From Candidatus Omnitrophota bacterium (lineage in GTDB: Bacteria > Omnitrophota > Gorgyraeia > Zapsychrales > JANLHA01), in contig JACKFI010000001.1 of assembly GCA_020632555.1 (NCBI GenBank), positions 133,152 to 197,151 of the forward strand: a stretch of DNA of 64,000 nt, in the 5' to 3' direction. The notes beneath the pieces are model-generated. The model made no database searches. It was not told the origin of the DNA and saw only the letters and a program-made list of their open reading frames with translations. Positions within the stretch are counted from its first letter, which is position 1. Each line of letters starts with the position of its first letter. The position numbers and the translations under genes were made by a program. Shown here in pieces: positions 1 to 10,462 of the stretch.

Positions 1-301
1 CCAAGAATCCAAAGGTGACAGCCAAAGCACCAAAATTAAGGCCTACGCATTGGGCCGCCAAAATAATTCCAAAAAAGACAATAGAATAATGGACAATCCG
101 CTGAAATGTATACGTGATACCTGCAGAAAGTTTCAGCTTCTTAGCAATTTGCACAGCAATAATGCGCTGCAGAATCATGGAGGTCAACAAAGCCGTAATA
201 AAAATAAAGACGGCGCTACCGATCCCCCCAAAAGTCACCGGCGTTGTCCCAATGTGCACAATGGGCAAATTGATCCATTGAACAACTTGTTCAAATGTCA
301 T
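1..301 (-). CDS. MscS-family mechanosensitive channel, N-terminal part (gene runs off the window start)
   Basis: Absent from the ORF track because it is truncated. Minus-strand ATG at 299-301 is preceded by AGGAGA (rc of 306-311). My translation MTFEQVVQWINLPIVHIGTTPVTFGGIGSAVFIFITALLTSMILQRIIAVQIAKKLKLSAGITYTFQRIVHYSIVFFGIILAAQCVGLNFGALAVTFGFLG shows the TM helices and Gly/Ala-rich pore-helix start of MscS-like channels. Confidence 0.5.
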   Translation of the reverse strand, partial: MTFEQVVQWINLPIVHIGTTPVTFGGIGSAVFIFITALLTSMILQRIIAVQIAKKLKLSAGITYTFQRIVHYSIVFFGIILAAQCVGLNFGALAVTFGFL

Positions 302-313
302 TTTATCTCCTGG

Positions 314-2290
314 TTACTGTTTCTTAAAAACAACGATGCCCAAAGGCGGCAAGGTCAACGATAAAGAATGATAAAACCCGTGAATCGCAACCGGGTCACT
401 GTCTTTGCCGCCGCAATTGCCCTGCCCGCTGCCCCCGTATTCTTGCGCGTCAGTGTTGAGAATTTCACGCCAATAACCCGATTGGGGCACACCCACCCGA
501 TACGCTAAACGAACCGCTGGCGTAAAATTACAAACAATCAAAATATCCTCGCTGGAATCCTGCGTTTTTCTTAAAAAACTAATAATACTTTGCTGAGCGT
601 CGCTGGCATCCACACAATGAAAACCCGCAGCAGAGAAATCTGTTTGATACAGCGCCGGTTCTCGTTTATACAAAGCATTCAAGTCTTTGACACACCGCTG
701 CAACCCCGAATGCGCCGGATAACTTAACAAATGCCAATCCAAACTCTTTTCATGATTCCATTCGGTCCATTGCCCTATTTCACTGCCCATAAACAATAAT
801 TTCTTGCCCGGATGGGTAAACATATAAGCAAACAATAAACGCAAATTCGCGAACTTCTGCCAAAGATCGCCGGGCATCTTATTGATCAATGACCCTTTGC
901 CGTGAACCACCTCATCATGCGACAAAGACAAAACAAAATTTTCTGTAAAAGCATACAAATAACTAAACGTCAGCTCACCGTGATGATATTTGCGATAAAT
1001 CGGATCTTGCGCAAAATAACTCAAAGTGTCATGCATCCATCCCATATTCCACTTCATCCCAAAACCCAAACCGCCCAAATACAAAGGCCGCGAAACCGAC
1101 GGCCAAGCAGTAGATTCTTCGGCAATCACTTGCGTATCCGGGAAATATTCATACACCGTTTTATTAAGTTGTTTTAAAAAATCAATCGATTCTAAATTTT
1201 CGCGTCCGCCGTATTTATTGGGAATCCATTCTCCGGCTTTACGTGAATAATCCCGATACAGCATGGAAGCGACCGCGTCAACGCGCAAGCCATCCACATG
1301 GTATTTTTCCAGCCAAAAAATAGCGCTGGAAATCAAAAACTCTTTGACCTCCACTCGCCCGCAATTGAAAATATAACTTTTCCAATCTGGATGAAAACCC
1401 TCTCGCTCATCAGCATGCTCATACAACTTGGTGCCGTCGAAATAAACCAACCCATGCTCATCCGACGGAAAATGCGATGGAACCCAATCCAAAATAACGC
1501 CAATATCATTCTGGTGCAGCATATCAATCAAAAACATAAAATCCTGCGGCGTGCCATAACGATTGGTCGGCGCGAAATACCCAATCGACTGATAACCCCA
1601 AGATCCATAAAACGGATGCTCCATCACCGGCAAAAATTCAACATGCGTGAAACCAATCTCTTTGATGTAATCCACCAACTGTTGCGCCAACTCCCGATAG
1701 GTCAAATACCGGTTGTTTTCTTCAATCACCCGACGCCAAGACCCCAAATGAATTTCATAAATTGACATCGGTTTATCCAAAGCGTTATGTTGATAACGCT
1801 TCTTCATCCACTGCTGGTCATTCCACGTATTATCCAAATCCCAAACGATCGATGCTGTCTTGGGAGGATTTTCATTAAAAAATGCGTATGGATCGCGTTT
1901 CTCTACGGAATAATTTTGATTATTCGAAACAATCGAATACTTATAAAGCGCACCCTTACCTATCCCTTCGATAAACCCTTCCCATATCCCTGAAGAATCC
2001 CAGCGGGCAAATAAAGGATGTTGTCCTTTGGTCCAATAATTAAAATCGCCGACAACCGAAACCGACTGAGCATTGGGCGCCCAAACCGCGAAATGCACAC
2101 CGCGTTTTCCATCTTTCTCAATGCAATGAGAACCCAACTTTTCATAAAGCTTTAAGTGATTACCTTCCCGAAATAAATAAATATCATGATCGGTAATAAA
2201 ACTCTGATTTTCTATCGGTACTTGCATAGTCCTTGTATTGACAATTGGCGCTACAACCGTATTCTTTATTTTGCTTTTCCCTGCCATCAT
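314..2290 (-). CDS. glgB: 1,4-alpha-glucan branching enzyme GlgB (GH13)
   Basis: 658 aa. HFAVWAPNAQSVSVVGDFNYW N-domain. GH13 catalytic strings GVILDWVPSHF, GLRVDAVASMLY, IAEESTAWP, LSHDEVVHGK. Confidence 0.95.
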   Translation of the reverse strand: MMAGKSKIKNTVVAPIVNTRTMQVPIENQSFITDHDIYLFREGNHLKLYEKLGSHCIEKDGKRGVHFAVWAPNAQSVSVVGDFNYWTKGQHPLFARWDSSGIWEGFIEGIGKGALYKYSIVSNNQNYSVEKRDPYAFFNENPPKTASIVWDLDNTWNDQQWMKKRYQHNALDKPMSIYEIHLGSWRRVIEENNRYLTYRELAQQLVDYIKEIGFTHVEFLPVMEHPFYGSWGYQSIGYFAPTNRYGTPQDFMFLIDMLHQNDIGVILDWVPSHFPSDEHGLVYFDGTKLYEHADEREGFHPDWKSYIFNCGRVEVKEFLISSAIFWLEKYHVDGLRVDAVASMLYRDYSRKAGEWIPNKYGGRENLESIDFLKQLNKTVYEYFPDTQVIAEESTAWPSVSRPLYLGGLGFGMKWNMGWMHDTLSYFAQDPIYRKYHHGELTFSYLYAFTENFVLSLSHDEVVHGKGSLINKMPGDLWQKFANLRLLFAYMFTHPGKKLLFMGSEIGQWTEWNHEKSLDWHLLSYPAHSGLQRCVKDLNALYKREPALYQTDFSAAGFHCVDASDAQQSIISFLRKTQDSSEDILIVCNFTPAVRLAYRVGVPQSGYWREILNTDAQEYGGSGQGNCGGKDSDPVAIHGFYHSLSLTLPPLGIVVFKKQ

Positions 2291-2297
2291 GGCCCCC

Positions 2298-5200
2298 TTA
2301 CGTGTCAGTGTTATTAATCGCCAAAATATACTTAATGCCTTTGATCGGAATAATCGTTTTGTCCGGCCGATTATTCAATTCATAACCCAGTTCATAAACA
2401 GCTTTATCCAAAAGGAAAATATCCAATAACAAAGCAATTTCGTCACGATCTTGCGGAATAAAACACAACGGCTGCTCAACATCCAAATAGGATTGAATAA
2501 AAAGCTGGCTGGCCCAAAAGTACCACGCGTGCGCCCACGGTTCGAGAAATTTTAAATCATCCTCCGGCAAGGTTGACTTGAGTAAAAGCGAACTCAACGC
2601 GGCATAATGAAACGACCGAATCATTCCGGCAATATCACGAAACGCTGAGCGTTTCAATTTTCGTTCAGAAACCGAACGGCTGGGCTCTCCTTCAAAATCA
2701 ATCACGGTAAAATCTTTACCGGTAAAAAGAACTTGACCCAAATGATAATCCCCATGAATACGAATTTTGGAAGCAGAAAATTTTTTATCTTTGATGCGCA
2801 TAAAACTTTTGAGAATCAATTTCTCACTGTCCATCACATCCAAAGCTTCTTTTCGCAAATGTTGCGGCAAACGGCTCTGCTGCAACTGTAACGTTTGAAA
2901 CACTCGTTTCAATTGCCCTTGCATCGACTGCAAAACAGAACGTTGATACAAAACGGTGGAATCTTCCGGAGCAAAATCAGGATCATCCTCTGAAGAAATC
3001 GCTTGATGCATCTGGCGCGTCCTTTGTCCTAATAGTTGAATCATCTGCGGGAATATCGGATCCAAAGCTTCTTGCAAAATCTTGGCACTTTCGATAGGCT
3101 CCACCTGCAATAAAGAAACAGGAACAACAGGAACCGCTTGATATTTGTCCTTATTCGACAAAATGTTTTCATAAAACCGACCCAACTGATCCATGAAATA
3201 CGCCCACGCATCTCCCTGATTAGGAACAAAATGACTTAAAAGCGCAACGGTCACCGGCTCAGATTTGGTGGACGCATATTGAATCGCGCCGGCGTACGCG
3301 GAAATATTTTTAAATCGCGTTTTTTCCGTTAAAAACTGCGTGATTTCTAAATCCGGGTTGATACCTTCTTTCACCTGCCGAAAGAACTTGAGAAACAACT
3401 CTTGCCCATAAATGATCGAAGAATTGCTTTGCTCGGCTTTCAGAACCTTTGACCCCAAAGGTTCTGGTTGACTCTTCAGCAAAGCCTTCACCGATTTACC
3501 CGGATAAAACAGCAAACGACCTTCCCGGCCGGTTAATCTTTTGCGATTAGCGATGTATTCTAAAAACAAAATTCGCAATGAAGCGCTATAAATTCCGTCG
3601 TAAAGATAGCCTTGTTCATTGTCAGAAACAACCTGCGCGATCAAACATTGCGGTTGTTCACTCACCAATCCTTCCATACGGCTTTTTTCTTCATACGCCA
3701 AAACCAAAGAATACGCTTGAGTCAACCCGTCAAATAGCACAACATTCACAAACACAAAATAAGCTTTTTGATCGGGAATATCGAAGATATCCATAATCTT
3801 GATGGTTCTAATCGAGCTGGCTTTTTGACCAAACCAGCGGCATTTTTTAAAATATTGCGGCAAAACTTGATTCTCAATTTGATCCTTCAACTCTCTTTCA
3901 AAAATCTCGCTCCAGCGATCATTGACATTCAACGTCGGCATTTCTTGTTCCTGATTAACACCGACAGACGATGTTTCTTGTTTCAACAAAAACCAAAAAT
4001 GCGTATACGAACCTAACGTCACCAGATAGGGAGATTGCGTGATCTTGGGAAACTTGTTCTGGCTAAAGATTTCTTCTGGAATATAACCGGCATAGTCGGG
4101 CAGGTTTAATTCCACTGCCTGCGAGAATCGAGACAAATTGATCACGCACAATATGGTTTCTTCTTCATATTTGCGAATAAATACCAAGACTTTTTTATTA
4201 TCTGTATAAAGAAAATCCACGCTCCCGCGGCTAAACGCTTTAAACTTTTTGCGCATATAAATCACACGACGCATCCACCATAACAAGGATGAAAGATTGG
4301 CATCTTGATTCTCGACATTCACACTGCTGTATTGATATTCTGGATCAATCACAACCGGCAAATACAAGCGCTGCGGATTAGCTTGCGAAAAACCGGCGTT
4401 TTTATCCGGGCTCCATTGCATCGGCGTACGAACCCCATTGCGATCCCCTAAATAAAAATTATCGCCCATCCCGATTTCATCGCCGTAATAAATAATGGGT
4501 GTCCCCGGCAAAGAAAACAACAGCACATTCATCAGCTCGACCTTTTTACGATTATTCCCCAAAAGCGGCACCAGCCGACGACGAATCCCCACATTAATCT
4601 TAGCTTTAGAATCCTTGGCAAAAGAGCTGTACATATAATCTCTTTCCTCATCGGTCACCATTTCCAAAGTCAACTCATCATGATTTCGCAAAAAAATCGC
4701 CCACTGGCAGGGTTCCGGAATAGCCGGTGTTTGTTCCAGAATATCTTTAATGGGAAAACTGTCTTCCATCTGCATGGCCATAAACATTCGCGGCATCAAA
4801 GGAAAATGAAACGCCATTTGGCAAGAATCCCCATCCCCAAAATACGCAGCAGCATCTTCCGGCCATTGATTGGCTTCCGCCAAAAGCATTCTGTTTTTAA
4901 ATTTACTGTCCACATACGCCCGCAACTTTTTTAGAAATGCGTACGTTTCGGGAAGATTTTCACAATTTGTTCCCTCGCGCTCATACAAATACGGCACCGC
5001 GTCCAAACGCATACCGTCGACACCCATGCCCAGCCAGAAATCAACCACTTTAAAAAGCTCTTTATGCACTTGCGGATTATCAAAATTCAAATCCGGCTGA
5101 TGCGAATAAAACCGATGCCAATAATACGATTTGGCCAGCGGATCCCACGTCCAATTGGATGTCTCGAAGTCTTTGAAAATAATGCGGGCTTCTTTGTATT

Positions 5201-5621
5201 TCTTGGGATTATCGCTCCAGACGTAATAATCGCGCAACACAGAACCCGGTTTAGCCAAACGCGCTCTCTGAAACCACGCGTGCTGGTCAGAGGTATGATT
5301 GACAACCAACTCCGTTATCACGCGAATCCCATGAGCGTGAGCGGCATTGAGAAATTCTTTAAAATCTTTAATGTTTCCATATTGCGGATGGACATCAAAG
5401 TAATCGGCAATATCATAGCCATCATCCCGCAAAGGTGACGGATAGAACGGCAATACCCAAATCGCGGTAACCCCTAACTTTTGCAAGTGATCCAATTTCT
5501 GTGTCAGTCCGCGAATATCTCCGATGCCGTCGGCATTGCTATCGTAAAAAGACTTGATATGAACCTGGTAAACAACCGCGTCTTTATACCACAAAGCATC
5601 TTCTTTAAGTTTTTTAATCAT
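2298..5621 (-). CDS. treS: Trehalose synthase fused to maltokinase (TreS-Pep2/Mak)
   Basis: 1107 aa. N-terminal GH13 TreS half (WYKDAVVYQVHIKSFYDSNADGIGD, GMRLDAVPYLYEREGT, FLRNHDELTLEMVTDEER). C-terminal kinase-like half (IRIHGDYHLGQVLF, VIDFEGEP). Lies 7 nt upstream of glgB. Confidence 0.9.
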   Translation of the reverse strand: MIKKLKEDALWYKDAVVYQVHIKSFYDSNADGIGDIRGLTQKLDHLQKLGVTAIWVLPFYPSPLRDDGYDIADYFDVHPQYGNIKDFKEFLNAAHAHGIRVITELVVNHTSDQHAWFQRARLAKPGSVLRDYYVWSDNPKKYKEARIIFKDFETSNWTWDPLAKSYYWHRFYSHQPDLNFDNPQVHKELFKVVDFWLGMGVDGMRLDAVPYLYEREGTNCENLPETYAFLKKLRAYVDSKFKNRMLLAEANQWPEDAAAYFGDGDSCQMAFHFPLMPRMFMAMQMEDSFPIKDILEQTPAIPEPCQWAIFLRNHDELTLEMVTDEERDYMYSSFAKDSKAKINVGIRRRLVPLLGNNRKKVELMNVLLFSLPGTPIIYYGDEIGMGDNFYLGDRNGVRTPMQWSPDKNAGFSQANPQRLYLPVVIDPEYQYSSVNVENQDANLSSLLWWMRRVIYMRKKFKAFSRGSVDFLYTDNKKVLVFIRKYEEETILCVINLSRFSQAVELNLPDYAGYIPEEIFSQNKFPKITQSPYLVTLGSYTHFWFLLKQETSSVGVNQEQEMPTLNVNDRWSEIFERELKDQIENQVLPQYFKKCRWFGQKASSIRTIKIMDIFDIPDQKAYFVFVNVVLFDGLTQAYSLVLAYEEKSRMEGLVSEQPQCLIAQVVSDNEQGYLYDGIYSASLRILFLEYIANRKRLTGREGRLLFYPGKSVKALLKSQPEPLGSKVLKAEQSNSSIIYGQELFLKFFRQVKEGINPDLEITQFLTEKTRFKNISAYAGAIQYASTKSEPVTVALLSHFVPNQGDAWAYFMDQLGRFYENILSNKDKYQAVPVVPVSLLQVEPIESAKILQEALDPIFPQMIQLLGQRTRQMHQAISSEDDPDFAPEDSTVLYQRSVLQSMQGQLKRVFQTLQLQQSRLPQHLRKEALDVMDSEKLILKSFMRIKDKKFSASKIRIHGDYHLGQVLFTGKDFTVIDFEGEPSRSVSERKLKRSAFRDIAGMIRSFHYAALSSLLLKSTLPEDDLKFLEPWAHAWYFWASQLFIQSYLDVEQPLCFIPQDRDEIALLLDIFLLDKAVYELGYELNNRPDKTIIPIKGIKYILAINNTDT

Positions 5622-5658
5622 ACCGTCCTCTGAATGTTAACCGGAAAGTTTCATCAAA

Positions 5659-7635
5659 CTAAGCTTGTTGAACACTAAAAATATGTGCTGGCATTTTATA
5701 AGGATTTAACTCAACAAAATTCCATTCTCCCTGCCAGCTGTACTCATCACTGGTCAACAAATCCACGACCTTATAAGATTGATCATAGGCAAAACCCCAC
5801 TGCCCTAAAGGCAACTTGACTGTACCAGCCTGCGTATTGGCGCTATCCAAATTGACAATGACCAAAATAATATTTTTCGAATCATCAGTCTTTTTATAAT
5901 ACGCAATCAGATTATCATTATTCACATCGCAAAATTTCACATTCCATGTTGTTTGCAAAGCTGGATTTCGTTTACGAATACGATTGATGCGCGTCATAAT
6001 ATCTTTAAGATTTTGCGGCTCATTCCAATTCCACTGTTTGATTTCATACTTTTCCGAATCAAAATACTCTTCTTTGCCGGCCACCGGAGTATTAACACAA
6101 AGCTCATAAGCCGGTCCATAAAGACCATAATTCGACGATAATGTCGCCGCTAAAATCAATCGGCTGATAAAAGCCGGACGGCCGCCAGTTTGCAAATGAT
6201 ACGGTAAAATATCTGGAGTATTTGGCCAAAAATTCGGCCGAAAATATTCCCGAGATTCCGTTTGCGTCAATTCGGTCATATATTCAATAAGTTCCGCCTT
6301 ACTGACCCGCCAGGTAAAATATGTATAGGATTGATGAAACCCTACTTTTCCTAATTGCTTCATAATATTCGGACGAGTAAAGGCTTCGGCGAGAAAAACA
6401 ACTTCCGGATGGTTCTTATGCGTTTCTCCAATCATCCATTGCCAAAAAGCAAATGGCTTGGTGTGCGGATTATCCACCCGAAAAATCGTAATCCCCTGGT
6501 CAATCCAAAAATCCACAATACTTTTTAACTCTTGCCATAATTCGAATGAATTCGAACAATAAAAATTGACCGGATACACATCTTCATATTTTTTAGGAGG
6601 ATTTTCGGCATATTGAATCGTGCCATCCGGCCTTTGGTAAAACCATTCGGGATGCTCTTTAACATAAGGATGATCCGGCGAACATTGATAAGCAATATCA
6701 ATCGAAACTTCTAAACCCAGCGAATTGGCTTTTTTGATAAAGCGATGAAAATCATCCATCGTTCCCAAACGAGCGTCAATAGCTTTATGGCCGCCCCCCT
6801 GACCTCCAATAGCCCAGGGACTGCCCGGATCATTGGGCCCGCCGACACGCGCATTATTCTTTCCCTTACGATGCGTTGTCCCGATCGGATGAATCGGCGG
6901 CAAATAAATCACATCAAATCCCATGCGCGCGATTTCCGGTAAAATGGCTTCACAATCTTTAAACGTTCCATGTTTCCCATTCTTGCCAAAGGAACGCGGA
7001 AAAAACTCATACCAACTGCTTAATAAAGCTTTGGGACTGTTGACCTGAACTTTTAAAACTTTGTCATAACAGACATATGAGGCCGTATCTGGTGTTGCTT
7101 GAGTTAAACTCAACAGCTGGGCACTCAATAGCAATGTCTGTTTCTGATTGGAATTGGAAGCCTTTTGTATTTCCTCCAGCAAAGATTTAATACGCTCAAC
7201 CTCTTTACCCTTTTCTTGTTCAACAATATGTTTTAAATAATTGATCCCGATCAGGATATCAACCGTGACATCTTGGCCGGCTTCAATCCGCTTTTTAAAA
7301 TCTTTTTGCCAGGTTTCAAAATGATTAACCCAGGCCTCAATGCAATATTCATGATCAGATTGTTCCGTAATCACAAAATCCGCCCGCCAACGATCATTGC
7401 CCAAACTCGTCATGGGCAATTTCTTCCAAGCTTTTTCTCCCAACTTCCTGTATAAAAGCACCGCGTTGACACTGTCATGCCCTTCGGTATAGATATCCGC
7501 CATTACCGCAACCTGCTCCTGCGGCACACGTTTAATAGGAAACACGCCCCCATCAATCTCAGGCGCAAGATGCTCAATAATCACGCGTTGAAAAGTATGT
7601 TTTGCGTTCGCCGTCTTTAACTGTGTCATAAACAC
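5659..7635 (-). CDS. glgE: alpha-1,4-glucan:maltose-1-phosphate maltosyltransferase GlgE
   Basis: 658 aa. N-terminal FPIKRV domain. GFDVIYLPPIHPIG, GSPWAIG, IFRVDNPHTKP, FLAEAFTRP. Sits at the head of the treS-glgB operon. Confidence 0.9.
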   Translation of the reverse strand: MFMTQLKTANAKHTFQRVIIEHLAPEIDGGVFPIKRVPQEQVAVMADIYTEGHDSVNAVLLYRKLGEKAWKKLPMTSLGNDRWRADFVITEQSDHEYCIEAWVNHFETWQKDFKKRIEAGQDVTVDILIGINYLKHIVEQEKGKEVERIKSLLEEIQKASNSNQKQTLLLSAQLLSLTQATPDTASYVCYDKVLKVQVNSPKALLSSWYEFFPRSFGKNGKHGTFKDCEAILPEIARMGFDVIYLPPIHPIGTTHRKGKNNARVGGPNDPGSPWAIGGQGGGHKAIDARLGTMDDFHRFIKKANSLGLEVSIDIAYQCSPDHPYVKEHPEWFYQRPDGTIQYAENPPKKYEDVYPVNFYCSNSFELWQELKSIVDFWIDQGITIFRVDNPHTKPFAFWQWMIGETHKNHPEVVFLAEAFTRPNIMKQLGKVGFHQSYTYFTWRVSKAELIEYMTELTQTESREYFRPNFWPNTPDILPYHLQTGGRPAFISRLILAATLSSNYGLYGPAYELCVNTPVAGKEEYFDSEKYEIKQWNWNEPQNLKDIMTRINRIRKRNPALQTTWNVKFCDVNNDNLIAYYKKTDDSKNIILVIVNLDSANTQAGTVKLPLGQWGFAYDQSYKVVDLLTSDEYSWQGEWNFVELNPYKMPAHIFSVQQA

Positions 7636-7671
7636 CTACTTTCTCTAAAGTTAAAACATCGGTGCATTATA

Positions 7672-8268
7672 CTATGCTTGAATCCCACGCAGGAAAATTT
7701 CCCACAAAACTTCGGCTTTATTTAATGGAAATACAGTGTAATTCGTCAAAGAGTACAAAATAATACATGTTTGAATCAGTCCAAAAAAAGCCAAACTCGC
7801 GACTTCCAAATCCGTCTCTGGACGCACTTCTTTCTGTTGCCGAGCTTGCTCAAGAATACTTCTGATCTTAAGCTGATAGCGCCGCACAACATCAAGAACT
7901 TTCTTGGTCAATACCTTATCTTTAAAATGAATCGACTCAGAAGTGATCGCAAAAAAAATGCCTTTTTTACGCTCCGAAAGAAATAAATGCGCCTTCATAA
8001 TTTCTTTGAGCTGCTCGATCGGATCAACAGTTGAAGCAATGGATTGGGCCACGCCATCACTTAAAGTTCCTTCAAAATCTTCAATCAAAGCACCTAAAAT
8101 CGCTCGTTTATTATCAAAATGCCGATACAAAGCCGGCTCAGAAATCTTCATTTTTGAAGAGAGATTCTTCATCGTCAAAGCTTTGATGCCTTGATGAATA
8201 ATCAAATCCCGAGCGGTGTCGATGATTTCTCTCTTGCGAATATCTGTGGGTTTTTTTGTCATAGTCAT
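7672..8268 (-). CDS. TetR/AcrR family transcriptional regulator
   Basis: 198 aa. N-terminal HTH ALTMKNLSSKMKISEPALYRHFDNKRAIL followed by an all-helical ligand-domain-sized C-terminus. Confidence 0.8.
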   Translation of the reverse strand: MTMTKKPTDIRKREIIDTARDLIIHQGIKALTMKNLSSKMKISEPALYRHFDNKRAILGALIEDFEGTLSDGVAQSIASTVDPIEQLKEIMKAHLFLSERKKGIFFAITSESIHFKDKVLTKKVLDVVRRYQLKIRSILEQARQQKEVRPETDLEVASLAFFGLIQTCIILYSLTNYTVFPLNKAEVLWEIFLRGIQA

Positions 8269-8343
8269 GTTAGTTAATGATAACTAACATAATGTAACAG
8301 AGTCTGATTCATCTGTCAACCACAACCTTAAAAAAGTCTTGCT

Positions 8344-9021
8344 TCACAGCACATTTTCTTTGCGACCTTTTAGGAATTTCTGCAAAACATAGACTCCTGC
8401 TAATAGGACAACAGCGACACCCACCTTCCAAATATGCTGCGGATTAGCAATAACGCTAATAAAAGAAGAGCCAAAATACACCAAAGCAAATGAGCCGGGC
8501 ATAATGCCAAAGAATGTGGCTAAAAAATAATCGCGAAACTTAACCTTGGTCAAACCTAAGCCAAGATTTTGAATATCCCAAGGCAAATTAGGAATCAACC
8601 GTATCAACAACACCGTTACAAACCCCCGTTTCTCAATAGCCACATCTATATTGCCCATTTTGCCTTTGAGCAATTTTTCAACCGCGTCCCGAGCCAGATA
8701 GCGCGCAATAAAAAATTCTCCCACCGCTGACAAATTCGCCGCAATCAATAAATACATAAAACCCTGCACGCCCCAAATCACACCAGCAGAAGCTGACAAT
8801 AGTGAAGCAGGAAAAAGAATCAACGGGCGAGCGATATAAAAAATGATATAAATCACCGGCCCCCAAATCCCGAAACCTTGGATGATTTCCCTGAATCTCT
8901 CCGGCGTCATCCCTGAAAAATCAATATGCAAAGCCCGCACCAAAATAAACATAGCCACCAGCAGATTCATCCCAATCAATAATTTCAACCACGGATTTTT
9001 CTTCATCAAGTCATCTCGCAA
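8344..9021 (-). CDS. TVP38/TMEM64 (DedA/SNARE-associated) family membrane protein
   Basis: 225 aa, multi-TM. Family-like stretch LIRLIPNLPWDIQNLGLGLTKVKFRDYFLATFFGIMPG. Lies 9 nt downstream of the flavoprotein gene. Confidence 0.7.
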   Translation of the reverse strand: MRDDLMKKNPWLKLLIGMNLLVAMFILVRALHIDFSGMTPERFREIIQGFGIWGPVIYIIFYIARPLILFPASLLSASAGVIWGVQGFMYLLIAANLSAVGEFFIARYLARDAVEKLLKGKMGNIDVAIEKRGFVTVLLIRLIPNLPWDIQNLGLGLTKVKFRDYFLATFFGIMPGSFALVYFGSSFISVIANPQHIWKVGVAVVLLAGVYVLQKFLKGRKENVL

Positions 9022-9030
9022 TTTCTCTAT

Positions 9031-10452
9031 TTATTTAAGCAAATAGGTTGCAATCTTAATCAAAGGACTTTGAGCGGCCAAATACGTCCCGCTGACCTTT
9101 TTATTAATCTGTGCCAGCGTCGGATAAACATGCATCGCTTTTTCAATTTTGCCAATGTCAACCTTGGCATGGATTGCCGCAACCCATTCATGAATCAATT
9201 CGCCGGCGTGAAGGCCAACAATTTGTGCTCCAATGATTTTCCGTTTGATATCAGTCAACAATTTGATAAATCCCTGCGTTGCCCCCTCAGCCAAAGCGCG
9301 ATCCAAATGAGCAAAGTCATATTTATAAACCTTGTATTGAATTCCCGCCTGCTGGGCCATGGTTTCATTTAAGCCAACACAAGCGACCTCTGGATCAGTA
9401 AACGTACACCACGGCACAGCAGTATAATCGGTTTTCAACAGCGGCCATGGCAATTTGGCATTTAAAGCGGCAATTCTCGCATCATATTCTGCGACATGCG
9501 TGAATAAAAACCCGCCTTTGCAATCTCCACAGGCATAAATATTTTTCGCCGTGGTTTGCAGGTTCCGATTCACTGTGATGCCCTGCGGTGCGTATTGAAC
9601 ACCCGCTTTTTCTAAATCCAATCCCGCAACATTGGGCTGCCGTCCCGTCGCAACCAGTAATCTTTGGGCTAATACCTTTTTCATATTGCCCTGATATTCC
9701 ATCGTGACTTCGATCCCCTCACCTGCTTTGCACACCTTTTGCGCTTTTGCTTGCACAAAGAACTCAATGCCTTCTTTAGCCAATAGCTCATGGACATAAG
9801 ACGAAACATCCGGGTCTTCCTTGGGCAGAATACAATCGGCAAACTCGATGACGGTGACTTTTGATCCCAAGCGCGAAAACGATTGCGCCATTTCCATACC
9901 AATGGGTCCCCCGCCCAAGACAATCAGAGATGCCGGCAACTTATCCAGCAAGAAAATTTCAACATTGGTGATAAAAGGAACATCTTTTAGTCCTTCAATG
10001 GGCAAGATCCGAGCCGATGAGCCCGTGGCTAAAATAATTTTTTTAGCAGTAATCTTTGCTCCGTTGCATTCAAGCGTGCGACTATCTAAAAATCTTGGCG
10101 AACCAAAGCGTGTTTCAATATTGTATTGCTTTTTAAATGCCTCGGGGGAATCATGCTTTTGTATGCCGGCGATAATGCCCTGAATGCGATCCCGGACCTT
10201 GGGAAAATCCACCGGTTCAATAGGAACTTTCGGCAAACCATACTGCTGGACCTGTTTCATCAAGTGATAAACGTTTGCACTTTTAATCAATGATTTCGAC
10301 GGTATACAACCATAATGCAAACAATCGCCGCCCAATTTTTCTTCTTTTTCAATCAACAATGTTTTGGAACCCAGCTGCGCTGACCAAATAGATGACGTTA
10401 ACCCTGCCGCCCCACCGCCGATCACCACCATATCAAAAGAAAAGTCTGCCAT
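9031..10452 (-). CDS. Class I pyridine nucleotide-disulfide oxidoreductase (dihydrolipoamide dehydrogenase / mercuric-reductase-like)
   Basis: 473 aa. VVIGGGAAG FAD fold, redox-active GGDCLHYGCIPSK disulfide, second GGGPIGMEMAQ NAD fold, dimerisation end HVYPTLAQ. No C-terminal Cys pair and no HMA domain. Confidence 0.85.
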   Translation of the reverse strand: MADFSFDMVVIGGGAAGLTSSIWSAQLGSKTLLIEKEEKLGGDCLHYGCIPSKSLIKSANVYHLMKQVQQYGLPKVPIEPVDFPKVRDRIQGIIAGIQKHDSPEAFKKQYNIETRFGSPRFLDSRTLECNGAKITAKKIILATGSSARILPIEGLKDVPFITNVEIFLLDKLPASLIVLGGGPIGMEMAQSFSRLGSKVTVIEFADCILPKEDPDVSSYVHELLAKEGIEFFVQAKAQKVCKAGEGIEVTMEYQGNMKKVLAQRLLVATGRQPNVAGLDLEKAGVQYAPQGITVNRNLQTTAKNIYACGDCKGGFLFTHVAEYDARIAALNAKLPWPLLKTDYTAVPWCTFTDPEVACVGLNETMAQQAGIQYKVYKYDFAHLDRALAEGATQGFIKLLTDIKRKIIGAQIVGLHAGELIHEWVAAIHAKVDIGKIEKAMHVYPTLAQINKKVSGTYLAAQSPLIKIATYLLK

Positions 10453-10462
10453 AAATCTCTCC

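Noticed and set aside
50-364. Plus-strand 104-aa ORF at the window start
   Set aside because: Low-complexity, basic translation. The opposite strand gives a clean MscS-like N-terminus with an AGGAGA ribosome-binding site, so this ORF is an antisense shadow.
1298-1765. Plus-strand 155-aa ORF, and many similar 60-120-aa ORFs, inside glgB, treS, glgE and other large minus-strand genes
   Set aside because: They lie fully inside genes with strong enzyme motifs on the other strand. Their translations are Ile/Lys/Arg/Asn-rich with no motifs, as expected for antisense frames in AT-rich DNA.
9031-10452. Calling the flavoprotein a true mercuric reductase MerA
   Set aside because: It lacks the C-terminal Cys pair and an N-terminal HMA domain, and there are no merR/T/P genes. 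Only the generic class I disulfide-reductase features are supported.
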